Positions 22,525 to 31,560 of a stretch of DNA of 39,539 nucleotides are shown here, in pieces. The DNA is from Pseudomonadota bacterium. Lineage in GTDB: Bacteria > Pseudomonadota > Gammaproteobacteria > Burkholderiales > Burkholderiaceae_A. The notes beneath the pieces were generated by a model. It was not told where the DNA came from, did no database searches, and worked only from the letters and a program-made list of their open reading frames with translations. The stretch is from assembly GCA_039800285.1 (NCBI GenBank), contig JBDLRA010000035.1:1-39539 (forward strand). Reading direction: 5' to 3'. Positions within the stretch are counted from its first letter, which is position 1; the number at the start of each line of letters is the position of its first letter. A program made the translations under genes and the position numbers.

Positions 22525-22567
22525 GGTGTCAGCAGACCGTAAGACAATGGCTGCTGACACCGTCTAA
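22525..22567 (+). promoter_or_regulatory. Inverted repeat overlapping a candidate ECF-type promoter
   Basis: Perfect 11-bp IR GGTGTCAGCAG (22525-22535)/CTGCTGACACC (22551-22561). GTAAG (22539-22543)-N17-CGTCTAA (22561-22567) resembles ECF -35/-10 elements. Confidence 0.5.
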
Positions 22568-22599
22568 GAGATATCTTTGACCGATAAGGGACATCTCTG

Positions 22600-23154
22600 A
22601 TGAAAAGCCTGTTTTTGAAATCCTGTTTCTCATTGCTTGCAGCGACCACTGCAGCGTCTTCGTTTGCGGCATTACCGGACCCCGTTGATCCGCGGGCCGT
22701 CGCCCAGATGTCGATGGAAGAACGGCTTGAGCAGAGCCGTCAACTGCGCGACGCTATGGCGAAGGCAACGCCAGAGGAACGTAAAGCCTATCGCGAGAAG
22801 CTGCGCGCAAAAATGGATGCACTGAGTCCAGAGGAACGCCGCGCACTGCATCATAAAATGCGCGATGACTGGAAACAGCTAACGCCGGAGCAGAAAGAGC
22901 GGTTTAGCCAAGATCGACGGTCGCTGGTCGAGGGGTTGAGCAGAGAAGAGCGCAAAGCCATGCGTGAGGAACGACGCAAGGCCTTTGAAAAAATGACTCC
23001 GGAAGAACGCAAGAAGTGGCGAGATGATCTGCGAAAGATGCACCATGACCGGATGCAGATGTACCGTGATCGAATGCAGATGTATCAAGAAGGCATGCAC
23101 CATGATCATCACCATCACCCGAAGCATCACCACGGCTCTGGGCCCAAGTGCTAA
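22600..23154 (+). CDS. Secreted helical-repeat protein (DUF3106/Spy-like LTPEER repeats) with His/Met-rich C-terminus
   Basis: Sec signal (..AASSFA/A), six 19-aa repeats, 38-aa tail with 11 His and 6 Met. AAGGGA SD. Confidence 0.85.
   Translation: MKSLFLKSCFSLLAATTAASSFAALPDPVDPRAVAQMSMEERLEQSRQLRDAMAKATPEERKAYREKLRAKMDALSPEERRALHHKMRDDWKQLTPEQKERFSQDRRSLVEGLSREERKAMREERRKAFEKMTPEERKKWRDDLRKMHHDRMQMYRDRMQMYQEGMHHDHHHHPKHHHGSGPKC
22705..23046 (+). repeat. Six tandem 19-aa (57-nt) coding repeats
   Basis: QMSMEER/KATPEER/ALSPEER/QLTPEQK/GLSREER/KMTPEER at exact 19-residue spacing. Confidence 0.85.
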
Positions 23155-23738
23155 CAGCGACGATGCCGTCACAGGCCTCCTGGTCAGATGATCAGGGGCT
23201 GTTTCGTTTGGCCCGCGGGGGTGAGCCGAAGGCAACCCGCGCCCTCGTGGAGTCGCTGAGCCCGCGCGCCCATGCCTTAGCCTGGCGGATGCTGGGCGAT
23301 GCGGCTGAAGCAGAAGATGTCCTGCAAGAGGCGTTTATTAGGCTATTCAATGGTGCGGAGTTTCAGGGGCAGTCTCGACTGGGCACCTTCTTTCACACCA
23401 TGGTGGCTCGCCTGTGTCTGGATCGGATTCGGCAAAGAAAACCAGAACTGCTCCTCGAGACACAGGACTTCGAGACCCTTTCTGAAGCAGAGCAGTCGTC
23501 TTTCGTAGACCCAGAAGATCAGTTATCTGATCAACAGCAGGCGGATCACATGCAGGCAGCGATCGCACGATTAAGCCACCGCCAGCGTATGGCAATTTCG
23601 CTATGGGCATATCATGATTTTGAAGCGATCGATATCGCGCGGGCATTAGACTGCGATTTAAATGCAGCCCATCAGTGCCTCCATCGCGCAAAGATCTCGT
23701 TGCGTAAATTATTACAAGGAAACATTGGCCATGAATGA
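23148..23738 (+). CDS. ECF RNA polymerase sigma factor
   Basis: Region 2 AEDVLQEAF..L and F.....RLCLDRIR; region 4 L..RQR.AI.L...IARAL.......LHRA...LR. Start is GTG 23148 or ATG 23163. Confidence 0.9.
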   Translation: MLTATMPSQASWSDDQGLFRLARGGEPKATRALVESLSPRAHALAWRMLGDAAEAEDVLQEAFIRLFNGAEFQGQSRLGTFFHTMVARLCLDRIRQRKPELLLETQDFETLSEAEQSSFVDPEDQLSDQQQADHMQAAIARLSHRQRMAISLWAYHDFEAIDIARALDCDLNAAHQCLHRAKISLRKLLQGNIGHE

Positions 23739-24045
23739 TCGAGATGACAGACTAAAACAAGCCATTTGTCAGGCGCCCCATCCTGGCCTTCGTGCAGACT
23801 TTACAGATCAGACCATTGCCCGCATTACAAACGGGAAACACACGGATCAGCAGGAGACGTTGACAGTGCAGGGCAGCGCCTTGTTGTTCGGTATGCTCAG
23901 ATCAGCTGCCCGTCGTCGATGGATGATCATTACTACACTGGTCATTGCCGCAGCGCTATCGGTGCAGGCGATTCAGACAATGAACGCAGAAGACGAACTG
24001 CTCGAGCTTGACACCTTATCGATGTCGAGTCTGCTCGCACTCTAA
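23731..24045 (+). CDS. Putative single-pass membrane anti-sigma factor
   Basis: ATG 23731 overlaps the sigma 3' end and has an AAGGA SD. 104 aa: soluble N-terminus, RRR-preceded TM (WMIITTLVIAAALSV), short acidic tail. Confidence 0.7.
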   Translation: MNDRDDRLKQAICQAPHPGLRADFTDQTIARITNGKHTDQQETLTVQGSALLFGMLRSAARRRWMIITTLVIAAALSVQAIQTMNAEDELLELDTLSMSSLLAL

Positions 24046-24842
24046 CCGTAGTCAACAACCAGCGGTGCGTGATCTGAAAACCGCGTCTCAGTGTAGATTG
24101 ATGTCGATCCCGCAAGTCGCGCAATCCCGGGCGTGGCAATCTGATAGTCAATCCGCCAGCCGACATTGTTCGCGCGGGCCTGGCCGCGATTGCTCCACCA
24201 GGTGTACTGATCCGGTCGTGGGTCGAGCTTTCGAAAGACGTCCACCCAGCCGAGTTCATCAAAGACACGCGTGAGCCAGGCACGCTCTTCAGGCAGAAAC
24301 CCGGAGTTCTTCAGGTTCCCTTTCCAGTTCTTAAGATCTATTTCATGGTGGGCAATATTCCAGTCGCCACAGAGCACAAATTCACGCCCTGTCTTTTGAT
24401 GCTCCTCTGCCCATTGCGCGAGCACTGGGAAAAATCCCTCGAGAAATCGAAACTTCGAAGCCTGCCGTTCTTCAGAGGCAGAGCCCGAGGGCAGATAGAG
24501 ACTGACGACTGTCATCGGGGTCTGCGCCTGATCAAAGTCAGCACGAAGCACACGCCCCTCTTGGTCGAACTCGTCAATACCAATGCCACGAATGATTCGG
24601 GTCGGGGCCACTGCGCTATAGATGCCAACGCCGCTATAGCCTTTTTTCTGGGCAGTGTAGAAGATGCCCGGGAGCGATCGGTCGTTGTGTAGGATGCGCA
24701 GGTGAAGTTCCGAGAGGTCTGCCTCTTGTGCCTTGAGCTCCTGCACACAGATGACGTCAGCGTGCTGCTGGCCAAGCCAGTCGAGGGCGCCTTTGTTTGC
24801 TGCAGATCGGATGCCGTTCAGGTTCAGGGAAATGAGTCGCAT
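24042..24842 (-). CDS. xth: Exodeoxyribonuclease III / AP endonuclease
   Basis: [43 protein letters not shown]; catalytic residues intact. Confidence 0.93.
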   Translation of the reverse strand: MRLISLNLNGIRSAANKGALDWLGQQHADVICVQELKAQEADLSELHLRILHNDRSLPGIFYTAQKKGYSGVGIYSAVAPTRIIRGIGIDEFDQEGRVLRADFDQAQTPMTVVSLYLPSGSASEERQASKFRFLEGFFPVLAQWAEEHQKTGREFVLCGDWNIAHHEIDLKNWKGNLKNSGFLPEERAWLTRVFDELGWVDVFRKLDPRPDQYTWWSNRGQARANNVGWRIDYQIATPGIARLAGSTSIYTETRFSDHAPLVVDYG

Positions 24843-24862
24843 GGGGTATATTCTCTCGCATC

Positions 24863-25552
24863 ATGACCCAGCCCAATTCCCCGCTATCGACTGACCAGGC
24901 CTTCATCCAGTTTGCGCTTGACGCGGGGGTGCTGCGCTTTGGTGAATTCAAGACCAAGGCGGGCCGTCTATCGCCTTATTTTTTTAATGCCGGTCTTTTC
25001 CATCACGGGGGCACCTTGGGCAGTCTCGCCCAGTTCTATGCCCAGACGTTTCTTGCCGCTGAGTTTGATGGGCGCCTTGCGGTGGATATGTTGTATGGGC
25101 CTGCCTATAAGGGGATTACGCTTGCGAGTGCGACCGCAGTCGCCTTAGCGCACGCCGGCCGAGATATTGGATTTGCCTACAACCGGAAAGAGGCGAAGGA
25201 TCATGGAGAGGGCGGTGTCGTCGTAGGAGCCCCCCTTGCCGGGCGCGTGCTCATTATTGACGACGTGATCTCTGCTGGTACCTCCGTACGAGAGTCTGTT
25301 GAACTGATTCGAGCGCATGGTGCAACACCAGCCGGTGTTCTGATTGCTTTGGATCGGATGGAACGGGGGGGTACAGCGGATGCACCGACAGCACGATCCG
25401 CCGTTCAGGAAGTGCAGGACCTCTTCGGCATTCCTGTGATTGCCATTGCCTCCTTGGCAAATCTCTTGCAGTTCCTTGAGCAGACGAAAAGTCCTGAACT
25501 GGCCCGGCACCAGGTGGCCGTGCTTGCCTATCGCGAACAGTGGGGCGTCTGA
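24863..25552 (+). CDS. pyrE: Orotate phosphoribosyltransferase
   Basis: [46 protein letters not shown] (PRPP motif). Confidence 0.97.
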   Translation: MTQPNSPLSTDQAFIQFALDAGVLRFGEFKTKAGRLSPYFFNAGLFHHGGTLGSLAQFYAQTFLAAEFDGRLAVDMLYGPAYKGITLASATAVALAHAGRDIGFAYNRKEAKDHGEGGVVVGAPLAGRVLIIDDVISAGTSVRESVELIRAHGATPAGVLIALDRMERGGTADAPTARSAVQEVQDLFGIPVIAIASLANLLQFLEQTKSPELARHQVAVLAYREQWGV

Positions 25553-25558
25553 TCTGCC

Positions 25559-25582
25559 GCGACTGACTGTGACGTCAGTCGC
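25559..25582. terminator. Hairpin between convergent pyrE and M48 genes
   Basis: Perfect 9-bp stem GCGACTGAC/GTCAGTCGC with a 6-nt loop; no U-tract on either side. Confidence 0.45.
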
Positions 25583-25588
25583 ACTGAG

Positions 25589-26482
25589 TCACAAAGAGGG
25601 ATCGGGCGGGAGTGTGTCTAGGGTGCGGCCGATGGCCTTGGCATAAAGCGGCAACACCTGATCCAGATGTCGATCAATCTCAGCGATGCGATTGTTTCCG
25701 GAAGGGTGGGTCGACAGCCATTGTGGCGGGGCGTTTTTCGAGGCGGCGCCCATCTTGCGCCAAAGGGTAATGCCTGCACGGGGGTCAAACCCTGCCCGGG
25801 CTGCAATATCGAGTCCAATCAGATCCGCTTCACTCTCGTCATCGCGAGAGAATTTCAGCATGGTCAGCTGGGCGCCATAGTCCATCGCCATGCGCCCCAT
25901 GTCACCGAGACCGAGTACGGATGACAGCACGCTGGCACCAATGCCGGTGAGCTGATTTTTAGCGAGTCGTTCACGCGAGTGTTCCCGCAGCGCATGGGCC
26001 ATTTCATGGCCCATGATCATGGCGACCTCATCGTCCGTTAATGCAAGCCGCTCCAGAATGCCAAGATAAAACCCGATCTTGCCTCCCGGCATACAGAAAG
26101 CATTGATCGTATTAGCGTCAAAGAGCTGAACTTCCCAGGGCCAGTCTTTTGCGCGAGGATTCCAGCGTACCGTGTAGGGCAAAAGCCGATTCGCGATCGT
26201 TTTTAGTCGAATGAGCTGCGGGTGGCTTTCGGGCGCCAAGACATTTTTTTGCGCCGCCTGTCGTTTCATCTGTAAAAACTGCTGGGCGGCAGCGCGTTCC
26301 AGCTGATCAGCAGGAACGAGGTTGCGTAGCCGAGAGGGCTTATCGACAACCACCCCCTTTTCTTCAGGTGGCCCAGCGGATTGACTGGTCTGCGTCCAGG
26401 CCGGGTCTGCCAGCAGTAAGCCAAACAGGCTGATCAAAAGACTCGCCTGTAGCACTATTTTTTTCGGAGCAGAAAATCTCAT
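25589..26482 (-). CDS. M48-family zinc metallopeptidase (Oma1/LoiP-like)
   Basis: INAFCMPGGKI, HEMAH, SRDDESEAD, WLSTHPS. Signal-like N-terminus from ATG 26482. Confidence 0.92.
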   Translation of the reverse strand: MRFSAPKKIVLQASLLISLFGLLLADPAWTQTSQSAGPPEEKGVVVDKPSRLRNLVPADQLERAAAQQFLQMKRQAAQKNVLAPESHPQLIRLKTIANRLLPYTVRWNPRAKDWPWEVQLFDANTINAFCMPGGKIGFYLGILERLALTDDEVAMIMGHEMAHALREHSRERLAKNQLTGIGASVLSSVLGLGDMGRMAMDYGAQLTMLKFSRDDESEADLIGLDIAARAGFDPRAGITLWRKMGAASKNAPPQWLSTHPSGNNRIAEIDRHLDQVLPLYAKAIGRTLDTLPPDPSL

Positions 26483-26519
26483 AAGCGTTGACAATACGGC
26501 CAGACCATTTAGGAAACGA

Positions 26520-27845
26520 GTGCGTATTTTGAACCAGTCTTCATCCGATAGTTCAGACCTGATGAAGGCAGCGCCCCCAAGGCGTGCCTTATTGATCATG
26601 ACCCTTGTGCTCGGGTTTGCGAGTGGGCTGCCGTTGGCCCTCTCCACCGGCACGATGCAGGCCTGGCTTACCGTCGAGGGTGTCAACCTAAAAACACTTG
26701 GCTGGCTCACACTGCTGGGCCTTCCCTACACCTACAAGTTTGCCTGGGCCCCTCTTTTGGATCGATATCGGGTGCCGGGGCTGGGCCATCTTGGCGGCCG
26801 CCGTCGGGGATGGCTGGTTCTGCTGCTAGTAGCGATGGCGCTGGTGCTTTTTGGGATGTCTCAGCAGACTCCCGGTGCCGCGACGGAGAGTCTCTGGGGT
26901 CTCGCCATTCTTGCGGGACTATTGGTCTTGCTATCGGCAAGTTTTGACATCGTGTTTGATGCCTGGCGCGCTGAGTCGCTCACCCCAGAGCAGCGAGGGC
27001 TTGGTGCTGCCTGGTCCGTTGTGGGCTATCGTCTCGCGATGCTGACTTCTGGTGGGTTGGCACTCATGCTCGCGGACCTTTATCTCGGGTTTGCTGGGGT
27101 CTATGCGCTGATGGCAATCTTTTGTCTGGTGCTTGCTGTCGTTGCCGCGTTCGCCCCAGAACCCAGTCAGGTGAATGCGCCGCGGTCCCTGGTCGCGGCA
27201 ATTGTTGAACCGTTTAAGGAGTTCTTTGGCCGAGACGGCGCCATTCTTATTCTGGTCACGATCATTCTCTATAAGCTTGGGGACGCCTTTGCGGGAAGTC
27301 TCTCGACAGCATTTTTGATTCGTGGTGCTGGATTTAGTCCCGCCGAGGTGGGCGCGGTAAATAAGGGCGTTGGCCTGGTGGCGACGCTGGTGGGCGGGCT
27401 CGCTGGCGGCCTCTTGATGTCGCGTATCTCGCTCTGGATGGCGCTGTTGCTCTTCGGGATTCTGCAGGCGATCACCAACCTTGGGTTCTGGTGGCTGGCG
27501 GCGTTTCCGCCAAGTCTCGTGGATATGACCGCCGTTGTGTTGCTGGAGAACCTTGCGGGAGGGATGGGAACTGCTGCCTTTGTCGCCCTGCTGATGACGC
27601 TGTGTGACATTCGGTTTACGGCAACGCAGTTTGCACTGCTCTCTGCATTGGCTTCCATTGGCCGCGTCGTCGTTGGGCCGGTTGCAGGTGTGACGGCAAC
27701 CGACTGGGGGTGGTCGACGTTTTTCTTGTTTTCGACAGCGGCTGCGATCCCGGGCCTGGTGATGCTTGTTGGGATTCGCAGACGGCTTGCGGCGCCAGGC
27801 GCCGCAGCCGAAGTTACTTCACCACGATCACAGGAATCGGGCTGA
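26520..27845 (+). CDS. ampG: AmpG muropeptide MFS permease
   Basis: LGFASGLPL, PYTYKFAWAPLLDRY, RRRGW, DIVFDAWR, LYKLGDAF, ATQFALLS. Start uncertain (GTG 26520 or ATG 26562). Confidence 0.92.
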   Translation: MRILNQSSSDSSDLMKAAPPRRALLIMTLVLGFASGLPLALSTGTMQAWLTVEGVNLKTLGWLTLLGLPYTYKFAWAPLLDRYRVPGLGHLGGRRRGWLVLLLVAMALVLFGMSQQTPGAATESLWGLAILAGLLVLLSASFDIVFDAWRAESLTPEQRGLGAAWSVVGYRLAMLTSGGLALMLADLYLGFAGVYALMAIFCLVLAVVAAFAPEPSQVNAPRSLVAAIVEPFKEFFGRDGAILILVTIILYKLGDAFAGSLSTAFLIRGAGFSPAEVGAVNKGVGLVATLVGGLAGGLLMSRISLWMALLLFGILQAITNLGFWWLAAFPPSLVDMTAVVLLENLAGGMGTAAFVALLMTLCDIRFTATQFALLSALASIGRVVVGPVAGVTATDWGWSTFFLFSTAAAIPGLVMLVGIRRRLAAPGAAAEVTSPRSQESG

Positions 27846-28239
27846 GGCTGATCAGTTTGGTGGTGATCGAGCCGAGCAGAAGATCGGTGACGGAGCTACG
27901 CCCCTTTCCACCCAGGACCAGCATTTCAATTTTTTCTTTCTGAAGGGTTTCCAGAATAGTCGGCGCGACTTCGCCGTGGCCCTTCACGATGTCAGCCGAC
28001 ATTCCTGCCTCTGCAACGATGCGCTTGGCATCCGCAAGCTCTTCTTCTGCGATCTGATCCATGTAGCTCTCAATCTGCTTACGATCAATGCCGCGGGCTA
28101 CCGGAGAGATCAGCGCAGAAAGGTGGACGTTGATTAGAACAAGCGAGGCAGGATCTTTCAGTAGTTTGCTCAGACGAATCGCTTCTCTGAGCGCACGCAG
28201 GGAGTTTTCAGATCCGTCAATCGCAATACCAATTCGCAT
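27814..28239 (-). CDS. Universal stress protein (Usp)
   Basis: IAIDGSENS..AL, LVLGGKGRS...LLGS.T, PIPVIVVK; 141 aa. Confidence 0.93.
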   Translation of the reverse strand: MRIGIAIDGSENSLRALREAIRLSKLLKDPASLVLINVHLSALISPVARGIDRKQIESYMDQIAEEELADAKRIVAEAGMSADIVKGHGEVAPTILETLQKEKIEMLVLGGKGRSSVTDLLLGSITTKLISLSPIPVIVVK

Positions 28240-28274
28240 GGTTCGTTCCTTCTTAAAGAGCCCTTGCGGGCGTA

Positions 28275-30143
28275 TTACTCAACAGTGACGCTTTTCGCGA
28301 GGTTGCGAGGTTTATCCACATCGTTTCCTCGTGCCAAAGCCACATGATACGCCAGCAGCTGCAGAGGAACGACATGTAGGATGGGGGAAACCTGACCGGA
28401 ATGATCCCCGAGCGAGATCACTTCAACGCCCTCCGAGGAAACAATGCCAGAGCCTTTGTCCGCAATGATGTAGAGCGCCCCACCCCGTGCACGCACCTCT
28501 TGGAGGTTGCTCTTGAGTTTCTCAACGAGCTGATCATTTGGTGCGATAGCGATGACGGGCATCTGGGCATCCACCAAGGCCAAAGGCCCGTGTTTCAGCT
28601 CCCCTGCGGCGTAGGCCTCCGCATGAATATAAGAAATCTCTTTCAGTTTGAGCGCCCCTTCCATCGCGATCGGATAGTGGATACCCCGACCCAAGAAGAG
28701 TGCATGATCTTTCTCGACAAACGCCTCAGCCCAGCGTTTAAATTCCGGCTCTGCTGCGAGGATCTGCATCATGGCATTCGGTAGATGTCGCAACTGCGCG
28801 AGCGCAGCGCGTTCCTCATCGGCAGACAGACGCCCTTTGATCTTAGCCATCACCAAGGTGAACAGGAACAGCGTTGCGAGCTGGGTCGTAAAGGCCTTTG
28901 TTGATGCCACGCCAATTTCTGGGCCTGCACGCGTGAGGAAGCGCAGCGTTGAGGCGCGAACCAGGGATGATTCAGGAACGTTACAGATCGTCAGACTCTG
29001 GGTGAGACCGAGGGATGCTGCATGCTGAAGACTGGCAAGCGTGTCGGCAGTTTCGCCAGATTGAGAAATGGTGATGACCAGGGTATTGGGCAAGGCCACA
29101 CTCTCGCGGTAGCGATACTCGCTGGCAATCTCGACCGATACGGGCATCTTCGCAATCGCCTCGAGCCAGTACTTTGCGACGAGCCCTGCGTGATAGCTGG
29201 TGCCGCAGGCCAGAATAAGAATCTGTTCAGTCGTCGCAAGCACGGGACCCGCCTGCTGACCAAAGAGTGCGGGCGAAAGGGCCGCAGCCCCCATGACCTC
29301 TTCAAGCGTTGCCGCAATGGCACCGGGCTGCTCAAAGATTTCTTTCTGCATGTAGTGGGCATAAGGCCCAAGTTCGATCGCATCCAGCGATAAGGAACTT
29401 TTCGTGGCAGGGCGATCGACGGGTGTATTGGTTCGATCGACAATCGTGACGTGATTCGGTGTCAGACAAACAAGATCGCCATCTTCAAGATAAATAATCT
29501 GCCGTGTGACTTGAAGCAGAGCCGATGTGTCTGAAGCGAGGAAGTTTTCTGCGCTCGCCTCGCCGCCAGAGGAATCGCCCAGCCCAATGAGTAGCGGGGC
29601 CCCCTGACGCGCACCAATGATCAGACCGGGGTCTTGGTTGGAAATCACTGCAATGGCATAAGCGCCTGAGAGCTGAGACCGCGCCAATTCAACGGCCTTT
29701 TGTAGCGATGGCGCAGTCTTTCGAAGACGATGTACCAGGTGGGCAATGACCTCGGTGTCGGTCTCAGAGAGGAAGACATAGCCATCATCCCGCAGCATCT
29801 GACGGAGGGATTCGTGATTTTCGATGATGCCGTTATGGACCACACAGATCGATAGGCCATCCCGATCAGAGAGGTGTGGGTGGGCATTGTCAGTCGTGAC
29901 GCCGCCATGGGTTGCCCATCGGGTGTGGGCGATCCCGACTCGTGCCGAGAGTGTCTGAGACTGTGCCTCAAGCTCGGCGACGCGTCCGACGGCGCGCACG
30001 CGGTCAATCTGATGATTCTGTGCAATGGCAAGCCCTGCAGAGTCGTAGCCTCGGTACTCGAGCTTCTTCAGTCCTTCGATCAGAACGGGGACGATATTTC
30101 TTGAATTCTTTGGCGCGGCGACCGCGCCGACAATGCCACACAT
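28275..30143 (-). CDS. glmS: Glutamine--fructose-6-phosphate aminotransferase
   Basis: [34 protein letters not shown]-terminal [11 protein letters not shown]. Confidence 0.98.
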   Translation of the reverse strand: MCGIVGAVAAPKNSRNIVPVLIEGLKKLEYRGYDSAGLAIAQNHQIDRVRAVGRVAELEAQSQTLSARVGIAHTRWATHGGVTTDNAHPHLSDRDGLSICVVHNGIIENHESLRQMLRDDGYVFLSETDTEVIAHLVHRLRKTAPSLQKAVELARSQLSGAYAIAVISNQDPGLIIGARQGAPLLIGLGDSSGGEASAENFLASDTSALLQVTRQIIYLEDGDLVCLTPNHVTIVDRTNTPVDRPATKSSLSLDAIELGPYAHYMQKEIFEQPGAIAATLEEVMGAAALSPALFGQQAGPVLATTEQILILACGTSYHAGLVAKYWLEAIAKMPVSVEIASEYRYRESVALPNTLVITISQSGETADTLASLQHAASLGLTQSLTICNVPESSLVRASTLRFLTRAGPEIGVASTKAFTTQLATLFLFTLVMAKIKGRLSADEERAALAQLRHLPNAMMQILAAEPEFKRWAEAFVEKDHALFLGRGIHYPIAMEGALKLKEISYIHAEAYAAGELKHGPLALVDAQMPVIAIAPNDQLVEKLKSNLQEVRARGGALYIIADKGSGIVSSEGVEVISLGDHSGQVSPILHVVPLQLLAYHVALARGNDVDKPRNLAKSVTVE

Positions 30144-30144
30144 C

Positions 30145-31551
30145 TTAGTGCGCCTTTTTGTGAGGACGTTGGTAGGTTTTGAGCGAGACCTGAGGACTTC
30201 TTGAGAGCGTCAAGGTTTTGGCCGGCGCATCTTGTGTGAGCGTTGTGCCAGCGCCAAGCGTTGCGCCTTTTCCAACAGTCACGGGTGCAACCAGTTGGGT
30301 GTCGGATCCGATAAAGGCATCATCTTCAATCACTGTGCGATGTTTTTCTGCGCCATCATAGTTACAGGTAATCGTACCTGCACCGATATTGACGCGCGCG
30401 CCAATCGTGGCATCACCAAGATAGGACAAGTGGTTTGCCTTGGATCGCGGTCCAAGCTCTGTATTTTTAATCTCGACAAAGTTGCCGACATGGGCGCCCT
30501 CACCCAGTCGAGAGCCTGGGCGAATTCGAGCATAAGGCCCGACAACTGCCTTTGGCCCAATAATGGCCTGATCAATCGTGCTGAAGGCTTCGATCTGGAC
30601 ATGCTCGTCAATCTGACTGTTGCGAATAATGCAGTAAGGGCCGATGGTCGTGCCAGAACCAATGACGACGTCACCTTCAAAGACGCAGCCGACGTCAATC
30701 GAGACATCCTGCGCACAGCGAAGACTGCCACGGATATCAATACGCTCAGGATCCATGATGCGGACCCCCTGGTCCATGAGTTCCTGGGCGAGTTGGCGCT
30801 GATGGCGACGTTCAATATCGGCGCGTTGTGGCTGACTGTTGACGCCAAGAATCTCGTCTTCTGATCTCGGCATGACGCTACCGATCGGTTGTTTGTCTTT
30901 CGAGGCCATGGCAATAATGTCCGTCAGATAAAACTCTTGTTGGCTGTTGTGGTTCGTGAGCTGTCCGAGCCATTGAATCAGCGCGGGTGTTGGCGCCATC
31001 AAAATACCCGTGTTGATCTCACGGATGGATCGAATCTCTGGGCTGGCGTCTTTTTCCTCGACGACAGCGGTGATCGCTCCGTCTGCATTTCGAACAATAC
31101 GCCCATAGCCGAAGGGATTGGCGAGCGCTGCCGTTAATACGGCCATGCCGTTGTGGCGTAGCGCCTCGGCCTTTAGCTTCGAGAGGGTTTCACTCGTGAT
31201 CAGCGGCACATCGCCATAGAGAATCAGTGTCGGCACACCTGGCGACAGAAAAGGAATGGCCTGTTGAACGGCGTGGCCGGTTCCTTGGGGCGGATCCTGA
31301 AGTGCCCAGTGAATTGACACCGTATCCGTGCCCTCTGGAGAACCTTGGCGCAGGATCGGGCTCTGATCAGCCCAGGCGCGCACCTGATCAGCGCCGTGAC
31401 CCACGACCAGAATAATTCGGGTTGGCGCAAGCGCCAGCGCCGTTCTGATGACATGCCCAAGCATCGGCATTCCTGCAACCGGGTGGAGCACCTTCGGCAG
31501 TTCGCTGCGCATCCGGGTGCCCTTGCCTGCAGCAAGAATGACAATGTTCAT
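30145..31551 (-). CDS. glmU: Bifunctional UDP-GlcNAc pyrophosphorylase/acetyltransferase
   Basis: [27 protein letters not shown], hexapeptide repeats, NYDG. Confidence 0.97.
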   Translation of the reverse strand: MNIVILAAGKGTRMRSELPKVLHPVAGMPMLGHVIRTALALAPTRIILVVGHGADQVRAWADQSPILRQGSPEGTDTVSIHWALQDPPQGTGHAVQQAIPFLSPGVPTLILYGDVPLITSETLSKLKAEALRHNGMAVLTAALANPFGYGRIVRNADGAITAVVEEKDASPEIRSIREINTGILMAPTPALIQWLGQLTNHNSQQEFYLTDIIAMASKDKQPIGSVMPRSEDEILGVNSQPQRADIERRHQRQLAQELMDQGVRIMDPERIDIRGSLRCAQDVSIDVGCVFEGDVVIGSGTTIGPYCIIRNSQIDEHVQIEAFSTIDQAIIGPKAVVGPYARIRPGSRLGEGAHVGNFVEIKNTELGPRSKANHLSYLGDATIGARVNIGAGTITCNYDGAEKHRTVIEDDAFIGSDTQLVAPVTVGKGATLGAGTTLTQDAPAKTLTLSRSPQVSLKTYQRPHKKAH

Positions 31552-31560
31552 GGCATATCC

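Noticed and set aside
24042-24842. Calling this gene crc
   Set aside because: The catalytic residues lost in Crc are all present.
26488-26516. Perfect TTGACA as the ampG -35 box
   Set aside because: No convincing -10 at 16-18 nt (TAGGAA/AGGAAA); the same bases are explained by the opposite-strand TATTGT box.
28240-28274. Tn7-like element downstream of glmS
   Set aside because: No transposon ends or tns genes; usp follows directly.
30143-30145. glmS ribozyme or GlmZ-type leader
   Set aside because: glmU and glmS are separated by 1 nt, leaving no room.
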